From contig CAXBRB010000001.1 of the NCBI GenBank assembly GCA_963977795.1, positions 1 through 49,795 of the forward strand: 49,795 nucleotides of DNA. Direction: 5' to 3'. How positions within the stretch are numbered: the stretch's first letter is position 1; every line of letters begins with the position of its first letter. This stretch comes from an uncultured Acidimicrobiaceae bacterium. Lineage in GTDB: Bacteria; Actinomycetota; Acidimicrobiia; Acidimicrobiales; RAAP-2. The position numbers and the translations under genes are program-made. Below, in pieces: positions 15,859 through 23,630 of this stretch. The notes beneath the pieces are model-generated. The model was not told where the DNA came from, made no database searches, and saw only the letters and a list, made by a program, of their open reading frames with translations.

Positions 15859-18336
15859 TCAGGAAGCCGAGCGGAGGCACATGGTCATCGGTTCGGGGAG
15901 GTGCTCGAAGAGCTCCCAGCCGGTCCACGGCGGGATGCGGAACCCCTGCTCGTCAGCGGTGAGCACCGTCTCGAACATCCGCACGGCGCCGGAGAGCCAG
16001 AACAGCTCGGAGCCAGCGTCCCCGCGGAGCACGGCGAGGAGCGCCTGGCCCGAGAGGTGCACGACGAAGCTGGCATCGGGGTGGGGCGTGGGACGAAGGA
16101 CGAGCTCGGCCGGTCGGAAGTCGATCGAATAGGTGAACCGGCGTCCACCCCCGACGTGGACGGTCGCCTGCCAGACCACCCCCCACTGCTTCCACGGGGT
16201 CAGGTCCATAGAGGACACGTAGGCGGAGAAGCGGGTGGTCAGGAACGTGTCGAGGAGGGTGGCGAGCTCGGCGATCTCGCCCTCGTCGACGCCGGGGAGC
16301 GTCGAGGTGTCGACAGGTTCGAACTCCTCGCTCGATCCGTTCCCGCCGCCGTCGACGACGACCGGCGAGGATGCCCGGCGGACATCGACCTGTCGTCCGT
16401 CGATGTGCACCGAGTCCCCGGGTCGGAGGACGCCGGCCCGTCCGTGGCCGAGCCGGCGTTCGAGCAGCCGGGCGATCCGGTCGTCACGGAGCGGGGCCAC
16501 GTACCGGTTGGCCCAGGCGGCCTCGGCGCAGTAGGCCAGGCCCCAGAACGACGGGAAGACGAAGCCTGGATCGGTGGCGCAGGCCGCCTCGAGCCAGTCC
16601 ACGACCGACGCCCGCTCGTCATGGCTGACGCCGAGTCCCCGCTGGGTGCTCCACAGGGCCGTGCCCGGTTGGAAGTGGGCCGCCACGCAGCCCATCGGCC
16701 CGAGCTCGTCGCGCAGCCGGGCCCCGACCCCCGGTCGCACCAGGGAGTCCGACACGTGCCAGTACGAGCCGTTGCCGCTCCGGATCACGACGCCGAACTC
16801 GTCCAGCTCGGCATCGGAGGGAGTGGCGGTGATCTCGACGTCGTCGTCCTTCCACCTGTCCCAGGGAGCGAGCGGATGGACGTCGGTGAATCCGAGTCGG
16901 TGGACGGTTGTCAGCAGGTAGTCGTCGTGCGGGGCGAGCACCGTCGCCGACCGTGGAAGCGAGGTGAGCGAGTCGGGGTGGAAGTGATCGAGATGCTGGT
17001 GCGTCAGGACGATGTGGGTGATCTCGGCAAGTTCGCCGTGCGCGAACGTCCGACGCGGCCGGAACTCGACCGTCCCCGACCCGATGACCGGAGCGAACAC
17101 CGGGTCGATGATGATCCGGCGTCGCTCGGTATCGACCAGGGTCGTGGCGTGGCCCGCCGCCGTCACTGTCAGGGACCCCGACCGCACGGCGGCCGGCAGC
17201 GTGCCGACCGACTCCCCGTGGGCGATCATCCGAGCCACCGTTTCGGGAGCATGCTGTTCGGCGATGGAGGCGGCGACGGCTGCTGCCGAGCGTCGGCCTG
17301 AGTCGCCGGAGCGCAACCGGATGGCCTCCACGAGCGCCCCGGGATCGGGCCCGGTGGCGTCGAGGATGGTGCAGGCTCCGGCCGCGGCGACCGCATCGGA
17401 CAGGAGCTGCTGGAACGGGCTGCACGGCAGGAGGACGAGGGGGACCCCCGAGGAGAGCGCACGGAGGACGGGGACGGGGTCGCCGTGGGTGACGACCACG
17501 TCCGGCGCCTCCTGCACGGCCGTCATCTCCGTGCCGTCCTCCTGGCGCGAGGCGAGCGAGGTGCGCTCGAGGGTGGTCGTGGACAGGCGGATCCCGTAGC
17601 CGCCGGCGTGCAGGGCCCCGACGGTGCGGGCGACCATCGGTGTCAGGTCGGTGGAGGTCAGCCCGAGATCGACCAGGACGGTCGGCGGGGTCCGTCCGTC
17701 CTCCGGTGCAGGAGCGCGGCGCTCGGGCTCAGGGGTGCAGCGCATCGGGATCGTCACCCCGGGAGCTTCGACGCCGTTGCGCAGCAGACGGGGGCGGATG
17801 TCGACGTAGGGGTGCGCGTAGAGCCCTGCGTGGGGTTCGGGCTCCAGGCCCCAGGTCCTCCACAGCGGAGCGACGGCGTCGGATGCTGCTGCCGTCCACT
17901 CGGTGGGGAGCACGGGCCCGCAGCACACCGACCGGACGCCGGCCAGACGGGCGGCCAGCGGAGCGGCCAGGGCGCACGGGTCGTGGGCCACCAGCTCGAA
18001 CCCCCCGTCGGCCACGAGCCGGATCAGGTCGGCTGCAGATGCCGGTGCCATGACCCCGCCGAAGAGGTGGGCCATCGAGAAGGCGCCGCGCTCGTTCCGG
18101 TCCAGCGACGCCAGGTCCGGATGGTTCCGGAGGTACTGCTGCCGGGCCTGCTCGGCGGGCCAGCCCACAGCGGTCCAGGATCCTGCCCCGGCGTCTGTCG
18201 GAGTGTCCGGCGGTCCGGCGAACTCGACGGCGTGGCCGAGCTCGGCGAATGCACCCGCCAGGGTGTCGAGAGGCCGCAGCAGCTCGGGCCCGCCTGCGGA
18301 GACGAAGAGGACGCGCACGGTGGGCTGATGGTACAC
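15859..18336 (-). CDS. Fusion protein: GT1 (MGT-type) glycosyltransferase-like N-terminal half, MBL-fold metallo-hydrolase domain, C-terminal SCP2-like region
   Basis: The N-terminus VRVLFVSAGG...LGH.V and the overall layout resemble GT-B glycosyltransferases. The donor motif is divergent (THGDPVPVLRALSSGVPLVLLPCSPFQQ). The MBL motif is VLTHQHLDHFHPDSL. The C-terminal ~180 aa (LSGQALLAVLRGDAGSELFWLSGAVRM) look SCP2-like. The start may instead be the GTG at 18318. Confidence 0.75.
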   Translation of the reverse strand: MYHQPTVRVLFVSAGGPELLRPLDTLAGAFAELGHAVEFAGPPDTPTDAGAGSWTAVGWPAEQARQQYLRNHPDLASLDRNERGAFSMAHLFGGVMAPASAADLIRLVADGGFELVAHDPCALAAPLAARLAGVRSVCCGPVLPTEWTAAASDAVAPLWRTWGLEPEPHAGLYAHPYVDIRPRLLRNGVEAPGVTIPMRCTPEPERRAPAPEDGRTPPTVLVDLGLTSTDLTPMVARTVGALHAGGYGIRLSTTTLERTSLASRQEDGTEMTAVQEAPDVVVTHGDPVPVLRALSSGVPLVLLPCSPFQQLLSDAVAAAGACTILDATGPDPGALVEAIRLRSGDSGRRSAAAVAASIAEQHAPETVARMIAHGESVGTLPAAVRSGSLTVTAAGHATTLVDTERRRIIIDPVFAPVIGSGTVEFRPRRTFAHGELAEITHIVLTHQHLDHFHPDSLTSLPRSATVLAPHDDYLLTTVHRLGFTDVHPLAPWDRWKDDDVEITATPSDAELDEFGVVIRSGNGSYWHVSDSLVRPGVGARLRDELGPMGCVAAHFQPGTALWSTQRGLGVSHDERASVVDWLEAACATDPGFVFPSFWGLAYCAEAAWANRYVAPLRDDRIARLLERRLGHGRAGVLRPGDSVHIDGRQVDVRRASSPVVVDGGGNGSSEEFEPVDTSTLPGVDEGEIAELATLLDTFLTTRFSAYVSSMDLTPWKQWGVVWQATVHVGGGRRFTYSIDFRPAELVLRPTPHPDASFVVHLSGQALLAVLRGDAGSELFWLSGAVRMFETVLTADEQGFRIPPWTGWELFEHLPEPMTMCLRSAS

Positions 18337-18344
18337 AGGGAGGC

Positions 18345-20327
18345 GTGCACGTGGCTCTGCTGTTCCCCCCGGTCGTGGACCCCCGGGGGCCTCATCTGGC
18401 GATCCCGTCCCTAGCGGCGCACCTGCGGGCGTCAGGGGTGCGCACCACGGTTCGGGACCTGAACGTCGAGGGCCTGTGGGCGTTGACCGAACCCGAGGCG
18501 CTGGAGGACCGGGTCGACGAGCGCACGGCGGCGGCCGTGGCCCGGGCCCGGTCGGTGCTCCGGGACCCCGAAGCGTTCTACGACCCCGATCAGCTGGCGG
18601 CGGCCCGGGCGGCCCTGGCGGCGGCGTGCACTGCCTGGAGCGACCCGGCCGGACGCGTCCGCTATCAGGCGATGGGTGCCGCCTATGACGTGGACGGCTG
18701 CGATCCGACCCGTCTGGCCGACCTGATCGCCGTCACCGCCGACCGATCCACCAATCTGTTCGACGGGCTCTGGCGTTCGGAGCTCCTCCCAGCCCTCGCC
18801 GAGGACCGGCCCGATGTCATCGGCATCTCCATCCTCAACCGTCAGCAGATCATCCCCGGTCTCCACCTCGCCCGCATGCTCCACGAGGCCGGGCACGTGG
18901 TGGCCATCGGCGGCACGGTGTTCGCCAAGTTCGCGCCCGAGCTCATGCGACGGCCGGCGTTCTTCTCGACGTTCTGCCGCGCCGTGGTCCCCTACGAGGG
19001 GGAGCACGCCCTCCTGGAACTCGTCCGGTCCGTGTCCGCCGGCGGGACCGGCGAAGGCGTCGCCAACACGCTGGTGCTCGGTCCGTCGGGAGCCGTCGTC
19101 GCCGGCCCGACCATGGTCGAAGAGGTCCCGCACCTGCCCACGCCCGACTTCGACGGCCTGCCCCTCGACCGGTACCTTGCGCCACACCTCGTGCTGCCGA
19201 TCCTGACGGGCAAGGGGTGCTACTTCAACCGGTGCAAGTTCTGCGACATCCCCGCCATCAACCGGATCTCCCCCCGGGCTTACCGGATGCGCCCGGCGGA
19301 TCAGGTGGCCGCGGATGTCGTCGCCCTCCATCGACGCCACGGCGCCCGGCACTTCGAGATCACCGACGAGACCCTCTCGCCGGCGTTCCTCCGCAAGCTC
19401 GGGCGCGCCCTTGCGGAGATCGACGGGGGTCCTGAGGTGCGAGCCCGATTCGTCGGCTACGCCCGATTCGAGCCCGGCTTCACCCCGGAGGCCTGCGCTG
19501 AGCTCTACGCCATGGGCGTGCGGAAGCTGTACTTCGGGTTGGAGTCCGGATCCCAGGTGATGCTCGACCGGATGGACAAGGGGATCCGCCTTCCCGTCGT
19601 GCGCACCGTGCTCCGCAACTGCGTCGAGGCAGGCATCGCCGTGCACCTGTTCTCGATCATCGGCTTCCCGGAGGAGACCGAGGAGCTGGCGGCCGAGACA
19701 GTCGGCTTCCTGCTCGAGGAGTCGGACACGCTCGCCGACCCCCGCAACACCTTCGACGTCCACCCGTTCGGCCTCGACCTGCGCACCGACTACGCCGACC
19801 AGGCTGACGAGTTCGGTGTGGACATCGACCGGGTGGTCCTCCGCACCCAGGACTTCCCGATCAGCGTCTCACGGTGGGTCAACCGCCGGGGGATGGATCC
19901 TGCCCAGGTCGCCGATGTGCTCGACCGGGCCGTGGGCTCGCTGCGGGAACGGTACCGGTCCTCGGGGCGGAACTTCCCGGACCAGCAGTTCCCCGGGTTC
20001 GAGGAATACGCCGTGCTCTACCTGGACCGCTACGAGGACGTCCCGTTCCTCCACCGGCTCAGCCTTCCTGAGCCCGACGACCCCCAGCGCTACTCCATCG
20101 AGTGGGCGGAGGACATCGAGCTCTCGTCGGAAGGTGCAGACGCCTGGAGCGTGCAGACGCGGTTCGGATCGTGCTCGGTCGGGGCCGACGAGCTGCGCGC
20201 CCTGGCGCCGTCCCGGCCGGGACAGCCGGTGGCCGGCCACCGCGCGGCCTGGGCAGATTCCGGTGTGGCGATGGCCACCGTGGACGGGCTCATCGCCATC
20301 CGGGCGCTCCTCCTCCGTCCGGCCTGA
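18345..20327 (+). CDS. B12-binding domain radical SAM enzyme (class B rSAM)
   Basis: The N-terminal half looks like a B12-binding domain (VALLFPP...PSLAAHLRASG, DVIGISIL....I.....LARMLHEAGH.VAIGG). The cluster motif GKGCYFNRCKFCDIP lies at nt 19218-19244. The GTG at 18345 is preceded by AGGGAGG at 18337-18343. Confidence 0.85.
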   Translation: MHVALLFPPVVDPRGPHLAIPSLAAHLRASGVRTTVRDLNVEGLWALTEPEALEDRVDERTAAAVARARSVLRDPEAFYDPDQLAAARAALAAACTAWSDPAGRVRYQAMGAAYDVDGCDPTRLADLIAVTADRSTNLFDGLWRSELLPALAEDRPDVIGISILNRQQIIPGLHLARMLHEAGHVVAIGGTVFAKFAPELMRRPAFFSTFCRAVVPYEGEHALLELVRSVSAGGTGEGVANTLVLGPSGAVVAGPTMVEEVPHLPTPDFDGLPLDRYLAPHLVLPILTGKGCYFNRCKFCDIPAINRISPRAYRMRPADQVAADVVALHRRHGARHFEITDETLSPAFLRKLGRALAEIDGGPEVRARFVGYARFEPGFTPEACAELYAMGVRKLYFGLESGSQVMLDRMDKGIRLPVVRTVLRNCVEAGIAVHLFSIIGFPEETEELAAETVGFLLEESDTLADPRNTFDVHPFGLDLRTDYADQADEFGVDIDRVVLRTQDFPISVSRWVNRRGMDPAQVADVLDRAVGSLRERYRSSGRNFPDQQFPGFEEYAVLYLDRYEDVPFLHRLSLPEPDDPQRYSIEWAEDIELSSEGADAWSVQTRFGSCSVGADELRALAPSRPGQPVAGHRAAWADSGVAMATVDGLIAIRALLLRPA

Positions 20328-20391
20328 CCGAGACAGCCTCGGGTCGGCGGCAGGACCGTGCTGAGGCGGGCGGATGCCGCCGGCGGGACGC

Positions 20392-20445
20392 TTGACTGCT
20401 GAAGGCGCTTGCCAGACACTGTCGGAGTGCTGGCGCCGTCAGCAC
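20392..20445 (+). promoter_or_regulatory. Putative promoter (TTGACT-17 nt-GACACT) followed by a 19-nt near-perfect palindrome, upstream of precursor A1
   Basis: -35 TTGACT at 20392-20397 and -10 GACACT at 20415-20420. Palindrome GTGCTGGCG-C-CGTCAGCAC at 20427-20445 has one mismatch. The same elements recur with the same spacing before A2, although the spacer sequences differ. Confidence 0.45.
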
Positions 20446-20482
20446 GTACTGCAGCAGCACACGATGGAGAGGAGCGCCGCAG

Positions 20483-20740
20483 ATGGCGGAGGAGCACGAG
20501 GGTGGTGTCGTCCTGCGGGGCGACGACGGATCGCTGTACTTCATCCGGGAGTCGACGCTTGCGGCCTGCAAGGCCGAGGGCGAGTTCGTTGACCGGGTGA
20601 ACGAGATGGTGGAGGGGAGCGAGGTCGAGGGGTACGCCCTCACGACGACGTCGCTGAGCACGGTGACCACGGTGTCCTCGACGTCGACGTCGACGCCGAC
20701 GGTGAAGCCGGCGGGCACCACCATGATGTGCCCCTGGTGA
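20483..20740 (+). CDS. RiPP precursor peptide A1 (85 aa): ~52-aa leader plus Ser/Thr-rich core ending MMCPW
   Basis: MAEEHEGGVVLRGDDGSLYFIRESTLAACKAEGEFVDRVNEMVEGSEVEGYA / LTTTSLSTVTTVSSTSTSTPTVKPAGTTMMCPW. 18 of the last 33 residues are Ser or Thr. RBS GGAGAGGAG is present. The gene is adjacent to the modifying enzymes and has a paralogue 422 nt downstream. Confidence 0.8.
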   Translation: MAEEHEGGVVLRGDDGSLYFIRESTLAACKAEGEFVDRVNEMVEGSEVEGYALTTTSLSTVTTVSSTSTSTPTVKPAGTTMMCPW

Positions 20741-20810
20741 TCGCCGACTCGTGACTGCCGGACGGCCGAGAAGGACTTGCCGTGGCTGGCGGATGCCCCC
20801 GGCAAGACGC

Positions 20811-20864
20811 TTGACGACAGGAAAGATCTGTCGGACACTGTGGGGGTGCTGACGCCGTCAGCAC
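20811..20864 (+). promoter_or_regulatory. Putative promoter (TTGACG-17 nt-GACACT) followed by a perfect 9-1-9 palindrome, upstream of precursor A2
   Basis: -35 at 20811-20816 and -10 at 20834-20839. Palindrome GTGCTGACG-C-CGTCAGCAC at 20846-20864. Confidence 0.45.
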
Positions 20865-20904
20865 TTCAGTACGTGGCAGCACACGACGGAGAGGAGCACC
20901 GCAG

Positions 20905-21156
20905 ATGTCGGAGGAGCAAGAGGGTGGAGTCGTCCTGCGGGGCGACGACGGTTCGCTGTACTTCATCCGGGAGTCGACGCTTGCGGCCTGCAAGGCCGAG
21001 GGCGAGTACGTCGACCGGGTGAACGAGATGGTGGAGGGGAGCGAGGTCGAGGGGTACGCCTTGACGACGACGTCGCTGAGCACGGTGACCACGGTGTCGA
21101 CGATTACTCCGACGTCGGTGAAGACGTCCATGACCACGGTCATGTGCCCCTGGTGA
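20905..21156 (+). CDS. RiPP precursor peptide A2 (83 aa), paralogue of A1
   Basis: MSEEQEGGVVLRGDDGSLYFIRESTLAACKAEGEYVDRVNEMVEGSEVEGYA / LTTTSLSTVTTVSTITPTSVKTSMTTVMCPW. The leader is 49/52 identical to A1. 17 of the last 31 residues are Ser or Thr. Confidence 0.8.
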   Translation: MSEEQEGGVVLRGDDGSLYFIRESTLAACKAEGEYVDRVNEMVEGSEVEGYALTTTSLSTVTTVSTITPTSVKTSMTTVMCPW

Positions 21157-21186
21157 CAGCCGCACGGTCCTGAACACAGGACGGCG

Positions 21187-21220
21187 GACGATGGCCCGGC
21201 CTTCCAGCCGGGCCATCGTC
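21187..21220. terminator. Bidirectional terminator hairpin between the convergent precursor genes and tfuA
   Basis: Perfect 14-bp stem GACGATGGCCCGGC / GCCGGGCCATCGTC with a 6-nt loop. A smaller hairpin GTCCTG-AACA-CAGGAC lies at 21167-21182. Confidence 0.7.
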
Positions 21221-21231
21221 GCGTACAGCAG

Positions 21232-22356
21232 TCAGGCGCCCTGGTCCCCTTCGGCGCCAGGGATGGCGTCGCGCAGGCGGGCTGTCGAGATGCGCAGCTG
21301 ATCGGCCATCAGCGCATCGATCTCGAAGCGGTGCTGCATCTGGAGCTTCTCGACCAGCACCGAGTCGATGATGAAGGAGAGCAGCGCCTCGTCGCTGATC
21401 CCCTCGGTCCGGCACCAGGACCGGAGGGCGTCGTCGTCCTCGAGGGCGTGGGTGGACCGGAACCGGGCCAGCTCATCGGCGAGCTCCTCGTTGGACACCG
21501 GGAGCGGCAGGGCGGACGCCCGCTGCCGGGCCAGGAGGCGCAGCAGGATCTTCTTGCGCATGACCGGCACCGTGTCGGTGCCCCGGAGCGGGGCCGGGTC
21601 GTCGAGCCGTCCCCCGGCCCGGGCGAGGTCGACCTCCACCTCCAGGTCGTGGAGGAAGACGGTGCGCTCGACATCGACGGGTCGTGCGGGTCGCGCCAGC
21701 TGGTCGACCGGCGTGGCGGCGACGAGCTCGAGCACCGACAGCGCGTCCTGCTCCTTCAGCCCCGGTCCATGTTCGGCGGCGAACCGCCGGAGCCGTTCGG
21801 CGGCTTCCGGCGGGAGGCCGGCTGCCTCGATGGCGGTCACCAGGTGCCGGTCGGGGAACGCAATCGATCGGGCGGCATCGACGAGGGCGTCACGTTCCCG
21901 GTCGTCGATCGCCCCGGAAGCATGGGCGCCAGTGAAGAGGTGCCGGAGGTCGACGAGGGCGTGGGACAGGGAGCGGTAGCCGGCGTCGGCATCGGCGTGG
22001 GCCACGGCCACTTCGTCGTCGTCCTCGATGGCACCGGTGCGGAACCACTCGAACACGGTCCCGTGTCCGATCATCCCGAACTGGTGGAGCTCGGCGGCGC
22101 GGAGCGCTCCCATGCTCGCCGCGCCCAGGACGGGGACGCCCGTGCTGATCGCCTGCAGGATCTCCTTGTGCCAGACCGACGGGACGAGCTCGAAGAACCC
22201 GTCGATGATCACCAGCGCAGCGGGCTCGTCGTACAGGGCCCGCAGGACGTCACCCTGGGACACCGGCGGATGGAGGACGGCATCCGGGACGATGGATCGG
22301 GCGACCGGGGCGGCGAGCGAGGGCCCGAGGAACACGTGGACACGTCCGACGCTCAC
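21232..22356 (-). CDS. tfuA: TfuA-like protein (YcaO partner for thioamidation)
   Basis: The N-terminus VHVFLGPSL.......PDAVLHPPVSQGDVLRAL...ALVIIDGFF....SVWHKEIL.A...GV.VLGAASMGALRAAEL is characteristic of TfuA. The GTG start overlaps the ycaO stop (GTGA). Confidence 0.85.
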   Translation of the reverse strand: MSVGRVHVFLGPSLAAPVARSIVPDAVLHPPVSQGDVLRALYDEPAALVIIDGFFELVPSVWHKEILQAISTGVPVLGAASMGALRAAELHQFGMIGHGTVFEWFRTGAIEDDDEVAVAHADADAGYRSLSHALVDLRHLFTGAHASGAIDDRERDALVDAARSIAFPDRHLVTAIEAAGLPPEAAERLRRFAAEHGPGLKEQDALSVLELVAATPVDQLARPARPVDVERTVFLHDLEVEVDLARAGGRLDDPAPLRGTDTVPVMRKKILLRLLARQRASALPLPVSNEELADELARFRSTHALEDDDALRSWCRTEGISDEALLSFIIDSVLVEKLQMQHRFEIDALMADQLRISTARLRDAIPGAEGDQGA

Positions 22357-23630
22357 GGGGTGCCACCGCGGGCAGTGGACCGGGCCCGCTGACCCGGCCG
22401 GTACGAGGGGGTGGAGCTGGCGCCCTCGAGGCCGGGGACCACGACCCGGACCACATGGACGGGGAGGTCGTCCATGGTGAGGTCGACCACCACCGGCTCG
22501 TCGACTCCGACGGCGGCGAGCGCCGCGAGGACGGCGTCCAGGTCGTCGTCGACGGTGGCCCCGGTGACCGTAGGTGCATCGGTGAACCGGCGCCTCCCGG
22601 TCTGCTCCGCCAAGGCCTGGAAGTGGCGCAGGGCGTCCCCGTCCTGGGTGGCCCGGACCCGGGCCCGGGTCAGGTCGTCCCGGGCACCGGAGATCGCAGT
22701 GAGCCGGGACTGGGCTGCCTCGGTCAGGGCGCGGACCAGCGCGATGCCACGGTCCGGATGGGTCCCTGCCCCGTAGGCCGCCCCGATCGGGCGCATGTGG
22801 GGATCAGCGGACCGGTCGGAGATGACCACCTGGAAGGTGGGGATCGGAATGTCCCTCGTCACCTCCCAGCAGATCACGGCGATGTCGGCGTCGGCATACC
22901 GGGCCAGGAGGCTACGGGCGACGGGGTGGTCCACGCTCTCGAGGTCCACCCGGCGGGCCCCGGGACCGGCGGGGTCGGCGGCGTGGAGCGCACCGGCATC
23001 GCGTTCGATCAGCTCGCAGAGCGCGTGGAGCGCCGCCTCGGCACGGGTGTTGCCGGAGGCCAGGCCGCTGGAGTTGCGCGAGAAGCACCCGCTCCCCGGG
23101 TGCAGCGGCAGACGGGCATCGGTGTGGACCAGCTCGTAGGGGACCCAGACGGGCCTCCCGGTGCGCAGCTGCTGGCCCTGAGCCCAGGGGATGACGAGGT
23201 CGGCGTGCCAACGGGTGTCGGCGCTCAGTTGCAGCCGGCTCGGGTCCATGGGGGCCGGGCCGGTGTCGTCCGTCCCGTGGCGGAGCTCGGACCACGAAGC
23301 GTGGCGGACGGTCACGGCGTGCTGCTCGCCGTGCCAGAGCTCCACCGCCTCCATGAGGGCGGAGGCCCGGGCGTCGTCGAGCGTGACCCCCTTCCCCTGG
23401 GACACGGCGAGGGATCGGCTGTTGGGCCGCACGGCCATCACGACTGGGATGCCGATGCGGTCCAGTCCGGTCACCGGGGCCAGGCGGGTGATGCCGAACC
23501 GGTCCCAGAGGATCGGCCGGAGGAGATCGACCGTCTGGGCGGCACCCCGGCTCCGCTGGGAGCCGTCGCACTTGGGCGTGACCGGACCGAGCCAGGCACG
23601 CAGTGCCGACCCCGGCGCAGCGGAGGTCAC
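22353..23630 (-). CDS. ycaO: YcaO domain protein
   Basis: Motifs RIGIPVVMAVRPNSRSLAVSQGKG and LMEAVELWHGE, plus the ATP/Mg motif SSGLASGNTRAEAALHALCELIERDA. The GTG at 23630 overlaps the stop of the upstream SpaB_C gene (GTGA). The 23768 start would overlap that gene by 142 nt. Confidence 0.9.
   Translation of the reverse strand: MTSAAPGSALRAWLGPVTPKCDGSQRSRGAAQTVDLLRPILWDRFGITRLAPVTGLDRIGIPVVMAVRPNSRSLAVSQGKGVTLDDARASALMEAVELWHGEQHAVTVRHASWSELRHGTDDTGPAPMDPSRLQLSADTRWHADLVIPWAQGQQLRTGRPVWVPYELVHTDARLPLHPGSGCFSRNSSGLASGNTRAEAALHALCELIERDAGALHAADPAGPGARRVDLESVDHPVARSLLARYADADIAVICWEVTRDIPIPTFQVVISDRSADPHMRPIGAAYGAGTHPDRGIALVRALTEAAQSRLTAISGARDDLTRARVRATQDGDALRHFQALAEQTGRRRFTDAPTVTGATVDDDLDAVLAALAAVGVDEPVVVDLTMDDLPVHVVRVVVPGLEGASSTPSYRPGQRARSTARGGTP

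Larger units (their letters stand above)
20369..20740 (+). repeat. Direct repeat copy 1: promoter, 5'UTR and precursor gene A1
   Basis: Aligns with 20788-21156 at an offset of 416-422 nt. The two copies are near-identical from the RBS to about nt 20677. Confidence 0.9.
20788..21156 (+). repeat. Direct repeat copy 2: promoter, 5'UTR and precursor gene A2
   Basis: See copy 1. Confidence 0.9.

Noticed and set aside
20290-21143. Minus-strand ORFs (182 aa and 167 aa) across the precursor region
   Set aside because: They are the antisense of the duplicated precursor cassettes. The plus-strand ORFs have ribosome-binding sites, promoters, paralogue conservation and RiPP-like architecture.
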